Of a DNA stretch of 64,000 bases, positions 36,801 to 45,747 are shown piece by piece; position 1 is the stretch's first letter, and every line of letters begins with the position of its first letter. This DNA is from a virus: positions 39,144 to 103,143 of IMG/VR virus record IMGVR_UViG_3300009151_000041. One strand, written 5' to 3'. A model generated the notes under the pieces. That model made no database searches, was not told where the DNA came from, and saw only the letters and a list, made by a program, of their open reading frames with translations. A program made the position numbers and the translations under genes.

Positions 36801-37545
36801 TTCGTTGTGTCCATGTTACAATTTCCCATGCACCTGAATGATGTTCTACCAATGCTGTGCATGATTCAACCCAGTCGCCATCATTCATGTAAACAACGCC
36901 GCCAATGTCTTTGATTTCTGCGTGATGGATGTGGCCGCATATCACCCCATCAAATCCACGCTTGCGGCAGTAGTCAGTGAGATTGCGTTCAAATTGAAAT
37001 ATAAAGTCTACAGCCTTTTTAACGCGATGCTTAAGATACAGGCTAATACTCCAGTACCCAAAACCCAGGCGGTGACGTATCCAATTAAACTTAGTATTGA
37101 GAAATAGTATGAAATCATATGCTTTATCTCCTAAAAAACTCAGCCAAGGTGCCAGTCGAGTGATACCGTCAAATAGATCGCCATGGGTCACAAGGTAGTG
37201 CTTTCCATCCGCACCCACATGTTCACATTGATTGCGAACTTCCACATGCCCAAATGTGATACCATCAGGTATCATTGGGCGTAAAAATTCATCGTGATTG
37301 CCGGCCACATACACCACTCGTGTGCCGCGTTTGGCGTGGCCTAAGATCCTGCGAACCACATTGGTGTGGCTTTGTTTCCATCGCAGTCGGTTTTGTTGAA
37401 CCTTCCAGCCGTCAATAATATCGCCAACTAGATAAAGAGATTCGCAGGTGTTGTGCTTGAGAAAGTTGTTAAGACGATCTGCCTGGCACTCTTTGGTACC
37501 AAGGTGAACATCGGAGATAAAGATGCTGCGATATGTTTTCTCCAT
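36751..37545 (-). CDS. PlcP/LpxH2-like metallophosphoesterase (putative phospholipase C)
   Basis: FISDVHLG, LVGDIIDGW, GNHDE, HGDLFD, CGHIH, NDGDWVES. Confidence 0.82.
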   Translation of the reverse strand: MEKTYRSIFISDVHLGTKECQADRLNNFLKHNTCESLYLVGDIIDGWKVQQNRLRWKQSHTNVVRRILGHAKRGTRVVYVAGNHDEFLRPMIPDGITFGHVEVRNQCEHVGADGKHYLVTHGDLFDGITRLAPWLSFLGDKAYDFILFLNTKFNWIRHRLGFGYWSISLYLKHRVKKAVDFIFQFERNLTDYCRKRGFDGVICGHIHHAEIKDIGGVVYMNDGDWVESCTALVEHHSGAWEIVTWTQRNDKEDTDSNRQLAGSN

Positions 37546-37566
37546 AAAGTATTTACGGAGAAATGC

Positions 37567-37584
37567 ATTACAATTTTGTTACAT
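37567..37584 (-). promoter_or_regulatory. Pho-box-like direct repeat
   Basis: ATGTAAC-AAAA-TTGTAAT, upstream of the plcP-like gene. Confidence 0.5.
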
Positions 37585-37869
37585 TGCCAGCATGCGAATC
37601 AACGCAATGGAGTCAATAGTCGTGAGCAGAACATAGTTAGCCAGCATCCCAAAACTTCTGCGAGTCCAAGCAGCCCAGGCATAGATAGCGCAACCAGTAA
37701 TCCAAACAGGGTAAAGGGCCAGAAGGGGTGGTGTTGGTACAGTGGAGGCCATTGTAATACTGCAACCAATGCTGATAGCCCAAGCCAATACTTCCATGAC
37801 AAACCTAAAAGGGTGGGTCTTGTAATCACTTTTGATCCAATCAAAGATGCCGGTTAAAATATCATTCAT
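37579..37869 (-). CDS. small membrane protein
   Basis: Three TM segments; ATGA coupling to uvsE. Confidence 0.6.
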   Translation of the reverse strand: MNDILTGIFDWIKSDYKTHPFRFVMEVLAWAISIGCSITMASTVPTPPLLALYPVWITGCAIYAWAAWTRRSFGMLANYVLLTTIDSIALIRMLAM

Positions 37870-38897
37870 CGAGAATACAGCCATTGCTGGTACAATTGAT
37901 CTCGGCTCAAGTTCTTGCCTTTGGCCTCGCATTGAATGTCCCACTGATCTGCAAATGTCAGTGCCCAGTCATTCACAGCACGGTTCCAATAAAAGTCACT
38001 GTGTGCTCGAAGTTTTTGCTTTTTGTAACCTTGTGCCAACAGTGCGCTCAAGTCGGGTTTTACATTGGATACGTGATCGACAAGGCAGTCTTCACGAGAT
38101 ACTGAGTAATGAAGAACAGGACGCACACCGCGCCAAGAGTCAAGCACCCGTTGCGCACGTGAGTCCGTGGGGGTAATGTATTCCCCGGTGTTGATCCAAT
38201 GATGGTGGATATCCAAAGTGAGAGCCACATGATCAGCCACGGCCAAAGTAACATCCAGTCCATTTGAGAGTTCGTCATTTTCTATTGCTATTAAGTTTCT
38301 TGCTTCTGTACTTAGCCTGCTCAAAGTTCGCAAAAACTTAGCAGGGCCGCCTTTGCCCGAGAGATGCACATTGATCTTAAACCCATGATCGTGCCAGTCA
38401 GTGCCGTAACCCATCCACCGGGCCATATCAGCGTGATACTCAAATTCAAGTATGGACCGCTCGACAATTTCATCCGATTCGCTTGCCAGCACACAAAATT
38501 GTCCTGGATGGAAGGAAAGCCGAACACCCAGACGCCGAGCAGTGTCACCAACCGGCGCAAATATGCGTTCGCAATGATCTTGAATTTCACGTCGTTGCCA
38601 CCATGCAATCCAGGAGGGTTCGGTGTAGCCTTGTAACATTTCACTGCCCAGTCGCACCATTCTGCGCTCGGGTTCCATAGCACCCACACGCTCGACCAGT
38701 TTGAGGGCCGCGGCAGCATTATGGTTCATGATGTCCCACTGACGCTGGTCAGCTTCGTCCTTGTGCTCTCGAAGCCAGCGCATGGTAGTTGATCTTCCGT
38801 TTATATCACGGTCCACAGCATTGACTTTCATACCCCCGCATTCCTCAGGGTCATTGAGCCATTTGCAACAAAATCCAAAACGTGAGTGTGTAGTCAT
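37866..38897 (-). CDS. uvsE: UV damage endonuclease
   Basis: RLSFHPGQF, INVH, IENDE, LDIHHHW, HYS, AHSD, EAKGK; leaderless promoter at 38904-38932. Confidence 0.9.
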   Translation of the reverse strand: MTTHSRFGFCCKWLNDPEECGGMKVNAVDRDINGRSTTMRWLREHKDEADQRQWDIMNHNAAAALKLVERVGAMEPERRMVRLGSEMLQGYTEPSWIAWWQRREIQDHCERIFAPVGDTARRLGVRLSFHPGQFCVLASESDEIVERSILEFEYHADMARWMGYGTDWHDHGFKINVHLSGKGGPAKFLRTLSRLSTEARNLIAIENDELSNGLDVTLAVADHVALTLDIHHHWINTGEYITPTDSRAQRVLDSWRGVRPVLHYSVSREDCLVDHVSNVKPDLSALLAQGYKKQKLRAHSDFYWNRAVNDWALTFADQWDIQCEAKGKNLSRDQLYQQWLYSR

Positions 38898-38951
38898 AAG
38901 TATATTATACAAGATTTCTGATATTTTGTCAAATCTTTTGAAAGGATAAAC

Positions 38952-39386
38952 ATGAGAGTTTTTACACAAAAATACCAACTTAACCCACTTGAAGAGCATC
39001 CTTGGACTAAACCCGCACCAGGGGTGTTTCCTGCATATGATGCTTGGGTTGCTGAATTTGATGCCATTTTCCCAAATGCCGTTCTTAAAGACATGCATCA
39101 ATTGGACTACAGAGTAGCATTCGAAACTCCCGAGCATGAAGAATTTTTCATAGTGGGCTATTATTGGGGAGACGAATCTACAATTCCAGCAGCAACTCAT
39201 TGGATCAATCATAATAAGGTGTTAGGCGTTGAACAACTGCGATGGTTGATAACATGCAGTGACGACGAGCATCCTGCTATAGGTCCAGCTTCAAACTTAA
39301 AAATTGATGATTTACTAACTGCCAAACAAGGTGTTAAAAAAGGATACTTTCTTTGGGAAACATATGATGTCATGAGAACTGATTGA
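38952..39386 (+). CDS. hypothetical protein, tandem paralog A
   Basis: Shares MRVFTQ, FFIVGYYWGD, EHPAIG and QGVK with the next gene. Confidence 0.7.
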   Translation: MRVFTQKYQLNPLEEHPWTKPAPGVFPAYDAWVAEFDAIFPNAVLKDMHQLDYRVAFETPEHEEFFIVGYYWGDESTIPAATHWINHNKVLGVEQLRWLITCSDDEHPAIGPASNLKIDDLLTAKQGVKKGYFLWETYDVMRTD

Positions 39387-39408
39387 AGTTTCAATTATCC
39401 AATCAAGA

Positions 39409-39840
39409 ATGAGAGTTTTTACACAAAGATTTCATGCATCTATAGAATTACTTTCTTGGGAAAAGCCAAAACTAGGACAATTTCCAGAATTTGATGCCTG
39501 GGTAAAAAAATTCAATGATGCTTATCCGAATGTCATGAGTCTTGACATGCATGAATTAGATTACAAAGTATGGTGCACCACTCCAGACAATGATGCATTT
39601 TTCATTGTTGGATATTACTGGGGTGATGATTCGACCCTTGCCGCAGCAATTGATTGGGCCGGAACTAATAAAGTCACGGATCTACCAATAAGAAGATGGG
39701 TAGTAACTTGTGATGACAACGAGCATCCTGCCATTGGCTCTGCCGCTAATATGCAAATTGATGATTTTTTAACTTCTGTTCAGGGTGTCAAACAAGGATG
39801 TTGGCTTTGGGGTGATCAAGAAAGTTTTATCCCTTATTAA
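39409..39840 (+). CDS. hypothetical protein, tandem paralog B
   Basis: Colinear paralog of 38952-39386. Confidence 0.7.
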   Translation: MRVFTQRFHASIELLSWEKPKLGQFPEFDAWVKKFNDAYPNVMSLDMHELDYKVWCTTPDNDAFFIVGYYWGDDSTLAAAIDWAGTNKVTDLPIRRWVVTCDDNEHPAIGSAANMQIDDFLTSVQGVKQGCWLWGDQESFIPY

Positions 39841-39848
39841 CCTTAAGA

Positions 39849-40763
39849 TTAAGTAGTTCTAACCAAATCTAACGTAACACAATGAAAGCCGCCTCCTAGA
39901 GTGCGGCTTTGTCTTAACCGCAAAGGAATTACTTCAAATTGATAACTCTTTAGAGTTTTGATCAATTCAGTTTGGGCGGCGTCACAAATCACTGTGTGTG
40001 GATCTACTACCAACATGTTCATGGCAATCCATTTTGATGCATATGGATACTGATAAAAATCCTGTGCCACAACATCATGCACCCAAATTTTATGCCATCC
40101 ATCAAACACTTGAGGTACAGTATCAACCCCAACTCTATGTCCGTTTAGTATGACCAAACCTTCGCGTAGCGGCACAATGGTTGAATCAATATGTACACCA
40201 GCATAAAAATTGCACAGTTCTATTGTGACATCCGGAAATTGCTCACACAACCAATCATACGCTTTTCGATTGCCCGAAGATGATTCCAAATACAGCATCT
40301 TGTCGCCCAGTCTGCACACATTGGCAGCATCCAGTGTCATACCTTCGTTTCGTGGCATGAACAGGTAATGGTCAGCAGAATCCACAATGTGATGATAGCA
40401 CTGCAATTCCATGTCTCTACAAGGATACATCATGGCAGGATCAACTATAGTAGATCCATACACAAGAAACCTGTCGCGTGGACAATAGTTATACATGCCA
40501 TCGTGTGTTTGGAAGTTCAGTGGATCTGGACGTACTACTTCTACACCTAGACTTGTCAGTGTGGTTGCTAATGCGTCCAAATCTTCATTAGCTTCATCAA
40601 TAATGCGCTGTGGTACAGGTCCGCGTGGAACCGGTGTTTCTGTCCATGTAGTCTTTTCACTTTCTCGAGAAAACACAGGATCATTCACAGGCCAGTTTGC
40701 ATCAGTGGCACTACCTACCACAATTTTTCTTAGTGGGCTCCACTCATCAACTGTGGATATCAT
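39849..40763 (-). CDS. amidinotransferase (glycine/inosamine-phosphate amidinotransferase family)
   Basis: DEWSPL, YCPRD, DAAN, HIDST, MNML, GGGFHCVTLD. Confidence 0.88.
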   Translation of the reverse strand: MISTVDEWSPLRKIVVGSATDANWPVNDPVFSRESEKTTWTETPVPRGPVPQRIIDEANEDLDALATTLTSLGVEVVRPDPLNFQTHDGMYNYCPRDRFLVYGSTIVDPAMMYPCRDMELQCYHHIVDSADHYLFMPRNEGMTLDAANVCRLGDKMLYLESSSGNRKAYDWLCEQFPDVTIELCNFYAGVHIDSTIVPLREGLVILNGHRVGVDTVPQVFDGWHKIWVHDVVAQDFYQYPYASKWIAMNMLVVDPHTVICDAAQTELIKTLKSYQFEVIPLRLRQSRTLGGGFHCVTLDLVRTT

Positions 40764-41278
40764 ACGTGTCCAGTAATTTGTAAAGAATATCGGTCTTCAA
40801 GTCCGATGTTGGCTGCCATGTGTGGCAGATCATATACCCATTCAACTGTGTCGCCTGCCTTCCATGCAACATAGGGCCTACCATCTACTTCAAGATAGTG
40901 TCCTGGTTTCCAATCTTCCAACAACAGCAGAGCTCGACAAATTGAAGTTTCTTTTCCTTGAAGACCAAATACTTCTACGTAGCGTTTATATAGATCCTGA
41001 TGCACCGGCATCACAGTGTCTGTGCTCATGCGATAAAATGCCAGGCCAATGTCTTGCCATCCGCGAGCTTGATACATTTCAATGAACTTGTTGGTCCAAG
41101 TAGGCAAGCGATGACGCATGTCACAAAGATCGCCACAAATTTTACTTGTGTAACCTTGACTGGTCCATAACGCTACATTGGCTGGATCATTAAATGGTTC
41201 CTGGATGTAGTCCAGTTGTTTGAACTCGTCGTCCCAGAACTTTTTGATATTGTATTCACGCACTGCGGGTATTGCCAT
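40760..41278 (-). CDS. Fe(II)/2OG-type cupin oxygenase-like protein
   Basis: MPVHQD...PHMAANIG..DRYSLQITG (HxD...H). Confidence 0.7.
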   Translation of the reverse strand: MAIPAVREYNIKKFWDDEFKQLDYIQEPFNDPANVALWTSQGYTSKICGDLCDMRHRLPTWTNKFIEMYQARGWQDIGLAFYRMSTDTVMPVHQDLYKRYVEVFGLQGKETSICRALLLLEDWKPGHYLEVDGRPYVAWKAGDTVEWVYDLPHMAANIGLEDRYSLQITGHV

Positions 41279-42500
41279 AGTGTATGACCTCAACATCCTT
41301 GGTAGATTCAAGTTTACGCCATGGGTCAACAATCACACTACTGCGTAAAATGTCACAGTATGGTTTGGTATCTGCTTGATCACCGGTATACTCATAAGTG
41401 ATTTTACGATTGTGCGCCCACAGAAATACTGCGGGATAATCTACACCATCAACTACGTCAGTTGGATCATCGGCCAACGGGTCAACATATTTTAATGCAG
41501 TATGACCATGTTTGGTCACATAGTGTCCTACCAGAGTTGAGTAGCTGCCAATACAGTATTCCACATCGGGCTTGTAGGCCTTGCCATGGATCACAATGGG
41601 CAAATTGCCATTGTCTTCACTGACTTTGATCAGGTACCTGGCAAGATTTTCTGCTTGAATTTCTCTAGCATGCATTACAGTATCAAATAAGTCATAACCA
41701 ATGTTATACTCTTGAGCCAACCAACGCAGAGCAATGTTGTCGCGTGGGTGGCAAGCACCTGCATCGCCCATACCAGCAGTCATGTACTTGGGTCCCATGA
41801 TGCGCATGGTTGATCTGGCCAAGGCATTTGTGACCACATCCACATTGATGTTTCCAATCCGTAATGCAAAGTCCTGAATCATGTTCACCAAACCAACTTT
41901 TGCAGAGATAAATGTATTGTAGAAGATTTTGATTGCTTCGCATTCGTCCCATGTGCCTACTTCATAGCGTGGATCATTTTGCATGATAGTCTTGTACAAA
42001 TCAATCAGTTCACCAGCAACACCTGTGAGTGATCCATCCTCTGTGCCAATGATAACCATTTCGGGATTGGCCATGTCCCACTTTACTGAGCCCATGGCAA
42101 TCAAGTAAGGATTGTAGCAAAACTGATGCTTGGTGTCAATCAACGGTACAAATTTATTGCGAGTGGTGCCAGGCAACACTGTGGATATTAACACAATTTT
42201 TTTGCTGTCATTTGCATATCGGTTTACATTTTTGATAGCATCAATCACAGCATCATGCCCAAAATCTCGTGGTTCCATGTGACTGGATGGTACAGATCCA
42301 TCATATCCTTCTGCATGTGGAGTTGGCACTGCAATAAAGATCCATTCACTTTCATTCACAAGCTCTTCAATTCCACATACTTTTACTGAGTCACTTGTTC
42401 GAGGGTAAATATCATATCCCCAGACTTGATGTTTCTCTGCCATTACTTCGGCGCAATCCAAACCAAGTTTACCAATTCCTATAAAACCAATTTTTGCCAT
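41256..42500 (-). CDS. UDP-glucose/GDP-mannose dehydrogenase family protein
   Basis: GIGKLG, IAVPTP, STVLPGT, K.FYN, GACHPRD, GKAYKPD. Confidence 0.88.
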   Translation of the reverse strand: MAKIGFIGIGKLGLDCAEVMAEKHQVWGYDIYPRTSDSVKVCGIEELVNESEWIFIAVPTPHAEGYDGSVPSSHMEPRDFGHDAVIDAIKNVNRYANDSKKIVLISTVLPGTTRNKFVPLIDTKHQFCYNPYLIAMGSVKWDMANPEMVIIGTEDGSLTGVAGELIDLYKTIMQNDPRYEVGTWDECEAIKIFYNTFISAKVGLVNMIQDFALRIGNINVDVVTNALARSTMRIMGPKYMTAGMGDAGACHPRDNIALRWLAQEYNIGYDLFDTVMHAREIQAENLARYLIKVSEDNGNLPIVIHGKAYKPDVEYCIGSYSTLVGHYVTKHGHTALKYVDPLADDPTDVVDGVDYPAVFLWAHNRKITYEYTGDQADTKPYCDILRSSVIVDPWRKLESTKDVEVIHYGNTRSA

Positions 42501-43677
42501 GAGCGTTCCTTTAGATAGATTATACAATTTTTTGCAAGACATTTGCAATCAGGATATTTTAATTTATCGCTTTTTGCCACACGGGTCAAGAAAAATAGAA
42601 GACTGTCTGCCATTGGCAGAACCAAACTACAAGTACTTAGAAGAAAACCCAAAAGTGCAAATGATCTGCCATGATCAGGAAACACTAGATTACAAATCTT
42701 ATGAGGTACCATTGGAGTTGCACTCTAAAATTAACAATATTCCATATCCTGTGTTCAATAAAGTTTCTAAACATGGCGCTATGAACTACTATGACCAGAT
42801 TTTATTACTGCATTCGGAAATGCGTAGTAAAGACCTTGAATGGTTTGAAAACAACGGCTCAACAGGAGTCTATTGGTGGAGTCATGCAATCATAGCTAGA
42901 GATTGGTATAGATATGCTGAAATTGACCCACTACTCTATAAAGAAAAAAATCCAAAAGTTGATTTTTTAATTTACAATCGTGCCTGGTCTGGATTAAGAG
43001 AATATCGTTTAAAATTTACAGAGTTAGTCTTGAATCAAAGTTTACAAAGTTTTTGTCAGTTGAACTTCAACCCTTATGACAACAATGCCCACTACAAAGA
43101 GCATAAGTTTGTTAACTCTGCCTTTGCCCTCACGAGAGATGATCTTTGTGAATATTTTGATCCAACCACAGTTGACGCTGCTGCCAGCGCAGACTATTCA
43201 AATTTAGACTACCAAAACTGTGCTATTGAAGTTGTTTTAGAAACTGTATTTGATGATACCAAGTGGCATCTAACAGAAAAAACATTGCGCCCATTGGCGT
43301 GTGGCGTTCCTTTTATTTTGGCCAGCACTCCTGGAAGTTTACAGTATTTGCAAAGCTATGGTTTTAAAACATTTCATAATTACTTTGACGAAAGCTATGA
43401 TTTAATTCACGATCCTGTGCAACGACTTGAGTGCATTGTGCATCTAATGAAACAACTGTCTTCTTTGCCACAAAATCAAAAACAGCAGTTGTATTCTAAT
43501 CTACAGTCCATATGTGATTTTAACAGACAGAGATTTTTTAGCAAAAGTTTTTACACACAAGTGGTTGAAGAATTTGTCACTAACTTTAGCCAGGCATTCC
43601 AATTAATCATACAAACCGATTCACATCAATACTTTGATCGGTTTAAACGACTGCAAACATTCTTCAATACCGTGTGA
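42499..43677 (+). CDS. putative glycosyltransferase-like protein (TEK motif)
   Basis: VVLET...HLTEKTLRPL..GVPFI...GFKTF...DESYD. Confidence 0.55.
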   Translation: MSVPLDRLYNFLQDICNQDILIYRFLPHGSRKIEDCLPLAEPNYKYLEENPKVQMICHDQETLDYKSYEVPLELHSKINNIPYPVFNKVSKHGAMNYYDQILLLHSEMRSKDLEWFENNGSTGVYWWSHAIIARDWYRYAEIDPLLYKEKNPKVDFLIYNRAWSGLREYRLKFTELVLNQSLQSFCQLNFNPYDNNAHYKEHKFVNSAFALTRDDLCEYFDPTTVDAAASADYSNLDYQNCAIEVVLETVFDDTKWHLTEKTLRPLACGVPFILASTPGSLQYLQSYGFKTFHNYFDESYDLIHDPVQRLECIVHLMKQLSSLPQNQKQQLYSNLQSICDFNRQRFFSKSFYTQVVEEFVTNFSQAFQLIIQTDSHQYFDRFKRLQTFFNTV

Positions 43678-44017
43678 TCACTGGCGTCCACTCATTGCCT
43701 GGAGGATTTGTTACATATTCATCTATGCGGCTAACCAGGTGTTGATAAAACGTATCCATTTCACCATTCCAGCATCCTATCAACGAGTGTGCTGCACTGC
43801 GACAAAATTCCCAATTTTGTTGTTTATATTGTTCTATCAGTTGTTGATGTATGTGTTTGTTATTTTCTAGTTGAGGAAATTCTGTCAATGGTATAGTATC
43901 AATCACACAATAAGTTTTTACCAGTTGTTCGGATGGCATTAATTTGAATGTATCTAGTTCTAAAACAGTGTGAGTATCGACTACTTGGTTAACAGCATCG
44001 CCAAATATTATGTTCAT
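43664..44017 (-). CDS. hypothetical protein
   Basis: VLELDTF...YKQQNWEFC; SD AAGGA. Confidence 0.55.
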   Translation of the reverse strand: MNIIFGDAVNQVVDTHTVLELDTFKLMPSEQLVKTYCVIDTIPLTEFPQLENNKHIHQQLIEQYKQQNWEFCRSAAHSLIGCWNGEMDTFYQHLVSRIDEYVTNPPGNEWTPVITRY

Positions 44018-44042
44018 GGTCAATTCCTTTTAAATATGTATC

Positions 44043-44834
44043 ATGCAATTAGCTTTTGATTTAATTTCTGATTTACATATTGATACATGGGATGGAGAGT
44101 TTGATTGGACTGGACAACCTACCAGTCCACACTGTGTGGTGATTGGTGACATATGCGAAAATAGACCGCTGCTGTTTAAAACGCTTGCTCACCTGGGAAA
44201 CTGTTATCAAGCTGTTTTTTATGTTGATGGTAATGACGAACATGCAAATTACATTGGCCAGCTGGGATCTAGTTATCAAGATCTAGCACACAAAATTGGC
44301 CAAATACCCAATGTGGTATACTTACAAGATAATGTGGTAGTGATTGATGGTGTGGCTATTTTGGGCACAAATGGATGGTGGGGGTTTGATTTTGATAACA
44401 CGATTAGTCCCGAAGAAGTTAGAGATTGGTGGTGTGAAAAGTATTCTTTTACACATGACAATTACAATGCCATACGAAAAGCCAGCACCACTGATGCCAA
44501 CTATATGATAGCCAGTGTAAAACGCCTACAAACACATAGAGATGTAAAGAAAATAGTCATGATCACACATACTGTGCCCGGGCCCGAGCTGATTTCTCAC
44601 GATATCGATTTGGCCAACAAACTTAAATTCAATGTTATGGGCAACAGACACATGCTAAATGCACTTGATGTAGATACCGAACACAAGATTGATACCTGGT
44701 GTTTTGGACACTATCATGGCAAAGTTGATCAGTATCGAGATGGCGTTCGATATGTTAACAACTGCCGTGGACGAGGCCAAACACCATGGTCACAATACGT
44801 GTATCATCCATTACGTGTGGTTGTTGATTATTGA
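44043..44834 (+). CDS. calcineurin-like metallophosphoesterase
   Basis: ISDLH, GDI, GNDEH, THTVP, FGHYH, NNCRG. Confidence 0.82.
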   Translation: MQLAFDLISDLHIDTWDGEFDWTGQPTSPHCVVIGDICENRPLLFKTLAHLGNCYQAVFYVDGNDEHANYIGQLGSSYQDLAHKIGQIPNVVYLQDNVVVIDGVAILGTNGWWGFDFDNTISPEEVRDWWCEKYSFTHDNYNAIRKASTTDANYMIASVKRLQTHRDVKKIVMITHTVPGPELISHDIDLANKLKFNVMGNRHMLNALDVDTEHKIDTWCFGHYHGKVDQYRDGVRYVNNCRGRGQTPWSQYVYHPLRVVVDY

Positions 44835-45139
44835 ACTGTTTCAGGTTCCAGTTTGATCTGTAGCGGATAGTTTTGTGATCTAGCGCTCACAGTAACTTCA
44901 ACACCTTTTTGTTCGGCAATTTCATAAGGCAGCACTGCCACACAAGCAGAGCCTTCTTCGTGAATGTCAATGGTGATTTGTTCTGCGGTTTCGTGGGTGT
45001 ATTCAAAATATTCAATCAAACTTTCAACCACAAACTCCATAGAAGTTGTGTTGTCGTTCAAATAAACCACGCGAAACATAGGTGGCTCTTTTACGGCCTC
45101 TGATGGTTTGATTCGTGTGCGAGTATCGCTCTGTGCCAT
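44828..45139 (-). CDS. clpS: Clp protease adaptor ClpS
   Basis: FRVVYLNDNTTSMEFVV, IHEEG, YEIAEQK, YPL. Confidence 0.9.
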   Translation of the reverse strand: MAQSDTRTRIKPSEAVKEPPMFRVVYLNDNTTSMEFVVESLIEYFEYTHETAEQITIDIHEEGSACVAVLPYEIAEQKGVEVTVSARSQNYPLQIKLEPETVQ

Positions 45140-45164
45140 TTCTATTCCTTGCTTTGCTATACAA

Positions 45165-45193
45165 TCAGTGGCAGCAGGATTGCTGCCACTGTA
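45165..45193. terminator. hairpin after hsp20
   Basis: CAGTGGCAGCA-GGAT-TGCTGCCACTG. Confidence 0.6.
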
Positions 45194-45207
45194 TTTACAC
45201 TATTATA

Positions 45208-45660
45208 TTAGGAAGTGTAGGTGATCGCAATGGTCTTTGGCTTGGCGTCTTCTGGCACTTCACGCTTTAGGTAAACGTTTAGAATTCCAAGTTCAAGATG
45301 AGCATTGCTAATTTCCACATGATCAGCCAATTGAAATTCCCTGCGGAAATCCCTGTTGCTAATGCCTTTGTGTAGGTAATTTGGCACTATTTTTTCGCTA
45401 TCTGATTGATACTCTTTACCTTCGATTATCAAGAACTTTTTGTCCTTGGTAACTGAAAGATTATCAAACCCAAAGCCAGCCACAGCAAGACTAATCATAT
45501 ACTCATCTTCATTGATTTGAACAATGTTATAAGGTGGATAGTTTGTTGAGGATTGTTGAGCACTTACTCGCATGAGTTCATCAAACATGTTATCAAAACC
45601 AATACCAAATTTGGTGAGTGCGGGTAGGTCGAAAGACCGAAGTGTGAGAGTTTTTGTCAT
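45208..45660 (-). CDS. small heat shock protein Hsp20 (IbpA-like)
   Basis: IGFD, YPPYNI, LAVAGF, YLHKGIS.R.F.R.F.LAD, GIL. Confidence 0.93.
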   Translation of the reverse strand: MTKTLTLRSFDLPALTKFGIGFDNMFDELMRVSAQQSSTNYPPYNIVQINEDEYMISLAVAGFGFDNLSVTKDKKFLIIEGKEYQSDSEKIVPNYLHKGISNRDFRREFQLADHVEISNAHLELGILNVYLKREVPEDAKPKTIAITYTS

Positions 45661-45722
45661 TTGTTTTCTCCTTTATATAAGCAAGATGACTTGTGATGTA
45701 GCCCCACTATAGGCACTACAAC
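45661..45722 (-). promoter_or_regulatory. ROSE-like RNA thermometer leader of hsp20
   Basis: CUUGCUU-AUAU-AAAGGAG hairpin, upstream GUAG..CUAC hairpin, TAAATA upstream. Confidence 0.6.
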
Positions 45723-45747
45723 ATTATTTATTATACACGAAAAAAAA

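Noticed and set aside
37866-39212. 448-aa extended UvsE from the ORF track
   Set aside because: The extension overlaps a plus-strand paralog gene and a promoter; the true start is most likely 38897.
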